DNA of 64,000 bases from Bacteroidota bacterium. Lineage in GTDB: Bacteria; Bacteroidota; Bacteroidia; B-17B0; Aurantibacillaceae. Both the position numbers and the translations under genes were made by a program. The stretch spans positions 1 to 64,000 of the forward strand of contig JAFDXR010000028.1 in NCBI GenBank assembly GCA_018267825.1, given 5' to 3'. This document shows, one piece after another, positions 60,833-64,000 of the stretch (positions are counted from its first letter, which is position 1; the number at the start of each line of letters is the position of its first letter). The notes under the pieces were generated by a model. It was not told the DNA's origin. It made no database searches and saw nothing but the letters and a program-made list of their open reading frames with translations.

Positions 60833-63679
60833 TTATTTAAATACGTTAATAGTACCCTTCAGGTCATATTTCTGGGCATCGAGGCCTGTGGCTTTTATGA
60901 CATAGAAATAGGTACCATCCGATACAGTATTTCCACCTTTGTTTTTGCCATCCCAGTTCATGTTGCCGTTTTCTGTGGCTTCAAACATCTTTAATCCCCA
61001 GCGGTCATACACAATCATGTGAATCTCACCCATATTAACGGTACCGAGTTTAAATACATCATTCACGCCATCGCCATTCGGCGTAAATACGTTTGGAATG
61101 GTGAGGAACGATACCAGGTCTACCGTAATAACCACGGTATCCATATCCACGCAGTAACCATTGGTGGCTGTAAGCACAACCGTGTAAGTGCCCTGAACCG
61201 GGTAATTGGTCGATGGATTGGTGGATGTGCTGGTTGATCCGTTATCAAAATCCCAAAGGTATGACAGCGCATTATTACTGTTGTTGATGAAGTTCACATC
61301 CAGCGGCATAAGTCCGTGCGTTGGGTTTGCGGTAAAGCTGGCCGTAATGGTTTCGTGAGAAACCGCATAGGTGGCAGTGGCTGTACAACCATTTACGGGA
61401 CTTGTACCGGTTACAGTGTAATTACCGGCCGCAGATACATTGTATGTTTGCGACGTAGGTCCGCTGGTCCAGGTATACGTTGTTCCTCCCACATTCGAAT
61501 TGCCGCTCAGGCTCAGTGAGTTGGTAGAGCATGGAATAACAGTACCGGGTGCTGTAATGGTAATAAGCGGAGCTGTGGTATTGGTTACTACTGATATTGT
61601 TGTAGTAGCCATACAACCGGTAAGTGTATTGGTAACAATGGCTGTATAGGTTCCGGCACTGGTTACAGGCAATGGATTGGTGCTGGTTGTACTGGTTGGA
61701 GTGCCTGGTATCTGCCATGTAAATATAGTATTGGACGTGGTGGATGCTGCCGTGAGCTGAACAGTGTGCGTTACACAGGTCAGTGAACTGCCTGGTGTCG
61801 CAGAAGAGCTGGCATTCGGGGCTCCCGGAGCTATTACGTTTGTTGTATAGGTTGTTTTACACCCGTTTACCGGATTGGTTACAATGAGGCTATAGGTTCC
61901 GACAGCAGGTGCCTGGGCCGGGTTACCGATCGGGTTACCTGTTGGACTTACCCATCCGAGGTAGGCATTGGCAGGAGATGTAGGCACACCGGTAAGTACA
62001 ATGGTGGATGTGTTGCATATTTTGGTGAATGTAGCCTGCGGCGCGGCGGTATCGCTTGTTATATTCAGTGTGATAGTAGCTACGCAGGTACTGATGGTAT
62101 TGGTAGCCACAAATGTGTAGGTTCCCGGGCTTGTTACGGATACCGTATTGCCCGGAATAGCTCCTGCAGGGCCTGTCCAGCTGATGGAAGTATAGGTTGA
62201 TGTCGGCGTTCCGTTCAGGGTAATGGTTTGCGTATTACAGTTCAGTAACAGGCCAGGCGAGCTGGTGATGCTGTAGTTCGGCGCATCGGTAAAGGTATTA
62301 ATGGAAAGGGTTGTGGTGGTAGAACAGCCTACATTATCTGATACGGTGACCGTATAATTGGTGCCTGGTGAAAGCCCCGAAGATACAGATCCGGTTCCGG
62401 CAGCCGGAGTCCAGGAGTAAGTGAAAGGTGGTGTACCGCTGGAGGCATTGATCGTAGCGCTTCCCACGGCATTGGTACAGGTTGGTTGTGCTGTTACATT
62501 ACTGGCGGTTGGGTTTGGTGTCACAAAGAGATTCAGGAGTTTAACAATAGGACCCAGGCAGGTTCCTGTAGGGCTCATGGTTAATGTATACTGACCCGGA
62601 GTTGTGGTTGTGATTACAGAACCTGTTGCAGCTGTAATACCGCTTCCGGCAGGGCCGTCCCAGTTGTATGGACCAACACCGTATGGCGCTGTAATGGTTG
62701 CAGACATAGCACCGCAGGTCGATACGTTAATCGGAATAAGTGGTGTGGCATCATATAAGGTACCATTAAGACCTACCTGCATTGGGTAGCAGGCACAGTC
62801 GAAATAACCGTAACCGTAGTGACCACCCTGTGTACAGTCGCCCACAGTGATCTGTATTGTAACGTAAGAGCCAATATAAGGCGACAGGTCGAGTGTTTTT
62901 ACGGTCCAGGTGTGGTAATAAACACCGGCAGAGGTGTTCTGAATCCAGCCGGCTGTAACACTGGCCGATTGCGAACATAAGCTACTAGGTGCAGCAATCG
63001 GAATATAAGGACAAGGGAGCGTATTACCTGCGCTGTCGATAACGCTTACGTTCATGTAAGGCTGATCGGTGCAGGCGTGACCGGCATCTTCCAGAATCCC
63101 GGCATAGGCAAACTGGAAAATGGCATTGGATGGCGTTACGCTGAAAGTTTGAGAAATACGTTGTACGGAGTAATCCGGGTTGTTATCGTTCAGTTGTACA
63201 ATTTTTGATCCGCCTAATGGAGAGACCAGGGAAACAGCTGAAACAAGGGGATCTGTACCGGTACCATTGATCACACTGGCAATACCGCCTGCAGTAGGGC
63301 AGCAGCCGGCCATGGTCGATGAGTTGGAGTTTGAACCACTCGTATGTGTCCAACCGAATAAAGAACCGGCTTCGAAATCGATATTGGTACAGGCAGGCTG
63401 AATCACATTCGTGGTTGTTGCCGCAGCTTTACCAAATACAGGAACATCCTGATGAGCCAGGTGGAAGCGGTGGTTGATATACTCGCGCCTGGCCTTATAC
63501 ATATATGATTTGTATTCGTTTCCGAAGAAATGATTATGCAGGGCATCATCATTGGCTCTCTTTTCATCGAAACCCGTGAGCGAGTCAGGAGAAAATACAT
63601 AATTAAGAACCGGCAACTGCGCATGAAGTGCTGAGCATATAGTGGTAGCCAGCACTGTGCTTAAGAATAGTTTTTTCAT
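60833..63679 (-). CDS. Second large T9SS type-B C-terminal-domain adhesin-like protein (SprB/Ig-like repeats plus PKD domain)
   Basis: C-terminus LTIPNVFTPNGDGVNDVFK...YDRWGLKMF...GTYFYVIKA is the gliding-motility CTD. PKD motif WDFDNGS. The ORF opens at 63733; the internal ATG at 63679 (MKKLFLSTVLATTICSALHAQ) supplies the signal peptide. Confidence 0.8.
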   Translation of the reverse strand: MKKLFLSTVLATTICSALHAQLPVLNYVFSPDSLTGFDEKRANDDALHNHFFGNEYKSYMYKARREYINHRFHLAHQDVPVFGKAAATTTNVIQPACTNIDFEAGSLFGWTHTSGSNSNSSTMAGCCPTAGGIASVINGTGTDPLVSAVSLVSPLGGSKIVQLNDNNPDYSVQRISQTFSVTPSNAIFQFAYAGILEDAGHACTDQPYMNVSVIDSAGNTLPCPYIPIAAPSSLCSQSASVTAGWIQNTSAGVYYHTWTVKTLDLSPYIGSYVTIQITVGDCTQGGHYGYGYFDCACYPMQVGLNGTLYDATPLIPINVSTCGAMSATITAPYGVGPYNWDGPAGSGITAATGSVITTTTPGQYTLTMSPTGTCLGPIVKLLNLFVTPNPTASNVTAQPTCTNAVGSATINASSGTPPFTYSWTPAAGTGSVSSGLSPGTNYTVTVSDNVGCSTTTTLSINTFTDAPNYSITSSPGLLLNCNTQTITLNGTPTSTYTSISWTGPAGAIPGNTVSVTSPGTYTFVATNTISTCVATITLNITSDTAAPQATFTKICNTSTIVLTGVPTSPANAYLGWVSPTGNPIGNPAQAPAVGTYSLIVTNPVNGCKTTYTTNVIAPGAPNASSSATPGSSLTCVTHTVQLTAASTTSNTIFTWQIPGTPTSTTSTNPLPVTSAGTYTAIVTNTLTGCMATTTISVVTNTTAPLITITAPGTVIPCSTNSLSLSGNSNVGGTTYTWTSGPTSQTYNVSAAGNYTVTGTSPVNGCTATATYAVSHETITASFTANPTHGLMPLDVNFINNSNNALSYLWDFDNGSTSTSTNPSTNYPVQGTYTVVLTATNGYCVDMDTVVITVDLVSFLTIPNVFTPNGDGVNDVFKLGTVNMGEIHMIVYDRWGLKMFEATENGNMNWDGKNKGGNTVSDGTYFYVIKATGLDAQKYDLKGTINVFK
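61330..62900 (-). repeat. Protein-level tandem SprB/Ig-like repeats inside the second T9SS cargo gene
   Basis: Recurring YTxxVTxxxxGC / TxTVNxxP units in the translation. Boundaries are approximate. Confidence 0.4.
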
Positions 63680-63763
63680 AATGGTTGAAAAATATTTTAA
63701 GAGTCCTAATTTAATCGAATTATAGTAACGCACTGGTTTTAATGAGTGAGTCTATAAAATGAA

Positions 63764-64000
63764 TTAGTGAATATTATTCGTAAAAATATAGGAAAGGATG
63801 TTTGCCCCCATGCGAAGGGCTTTTTCATGTGTTTCAGGACTGTCTTTATGAATTTCATAGCTCTCCCAGCCATCGCCCAGGTCGCATTCCACATCATAAA
63901 AACATACCAGCCGGCCATTATAAATCAGGCCAAGACCCTTTGCCGGTTTATTGTCGTGCTCATGAATTTTCGGGAGGCCTTTGTCAAAGTGAAATTTCTG
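63764..64000 (-). CDS. Partial CDS (C-terminal 78 aa; 5' end lies beyond the window), possibly a DUF4159-like protein
   Basis: The reverse-strand translation ends ...CDLGDGWESYEIHKDSPETHEKALRMGANILSYIFTNNIH*. The family call is from memory of a similar C-terminal motif and is weak. Confidence 0.4.
   Translation of the reverse strand, partial: QKFHFDKGLPKIHEHDNKPAKGLGLIYNGRLVCFYDVECDLGDGWESYEIHKDSPETHEKALRMGANILSYIFTNNIH

Noticed and set aside
1-64000. Searched for tRNA/rRNA genes, CRISPR repeat-spacer arrays, integrases, transposases and IS inverted repeats
   Set aside because: No T-loop/anticodon-arm patterns turned up in any intergenic region. No regularly spaced direct repeats. No recombinase or transposase-like ORFs. 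The window looks like stable core chromosome apart from the compositionally odd hisS.

Overview
This window reads as a Bacteroidota (Sphingobacteriia/Chitinophagia-like) chromosomal segment. The evidence is two large secreted proteins ending in the gliding-motility/T9SS type-B C-terminal sorting domain, SprB-like and PKD repeats, a possible TAnnTTTG -7 promoter box, and a fused MFS/spermidine-synthase gene. I see no rRNA, tRNA, CRISPR array, integrase or transposase. Most of the window is housekeeping: thyA, frr, hisS, hutH, prmC, ispH, accB/accC, recA, dnaB, lpdA, tsaD and a TamB-like protein, all with clean rho-independent terminators. The most unusual feature is a translationally coupled seven-gene plus-strand operon at 26369..32598. 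It encodes a membrane acyl-lipid desaturase, a small membrane protein, DUF1295, two CFA-synthase-like SAM methyltransferases, an amine-oxidase-like flavoprotein and DUF1365. This set reproduces the enzyme inventory of the proteobacterial furan/methylated fatty-acid (ufa) pathway and carries extra lipid-tailoring genes. Other points worth a second look are listed below. hisS has far lower GC (about 32-33% in hand-counted windows) than its neighbours and carries a low-complexity insertion. A 1289-aa protein fuses an MMPL exporter, a lysophospholipid acyltransferase and a SAM methyltransferase. Two tandem 129-aa paralogs sit beside an orphan TPR histidine kinase that has no response regulator in the window. 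Perfect palindromes lie upstream of dnaB and recA. A 430-bp convergent intergenic gap has a hairpin but no ORF. All coordinates, motifs and GC estimates come from reading the sequence directly; family assignments come from recognisable motifs and were not checked against any database.
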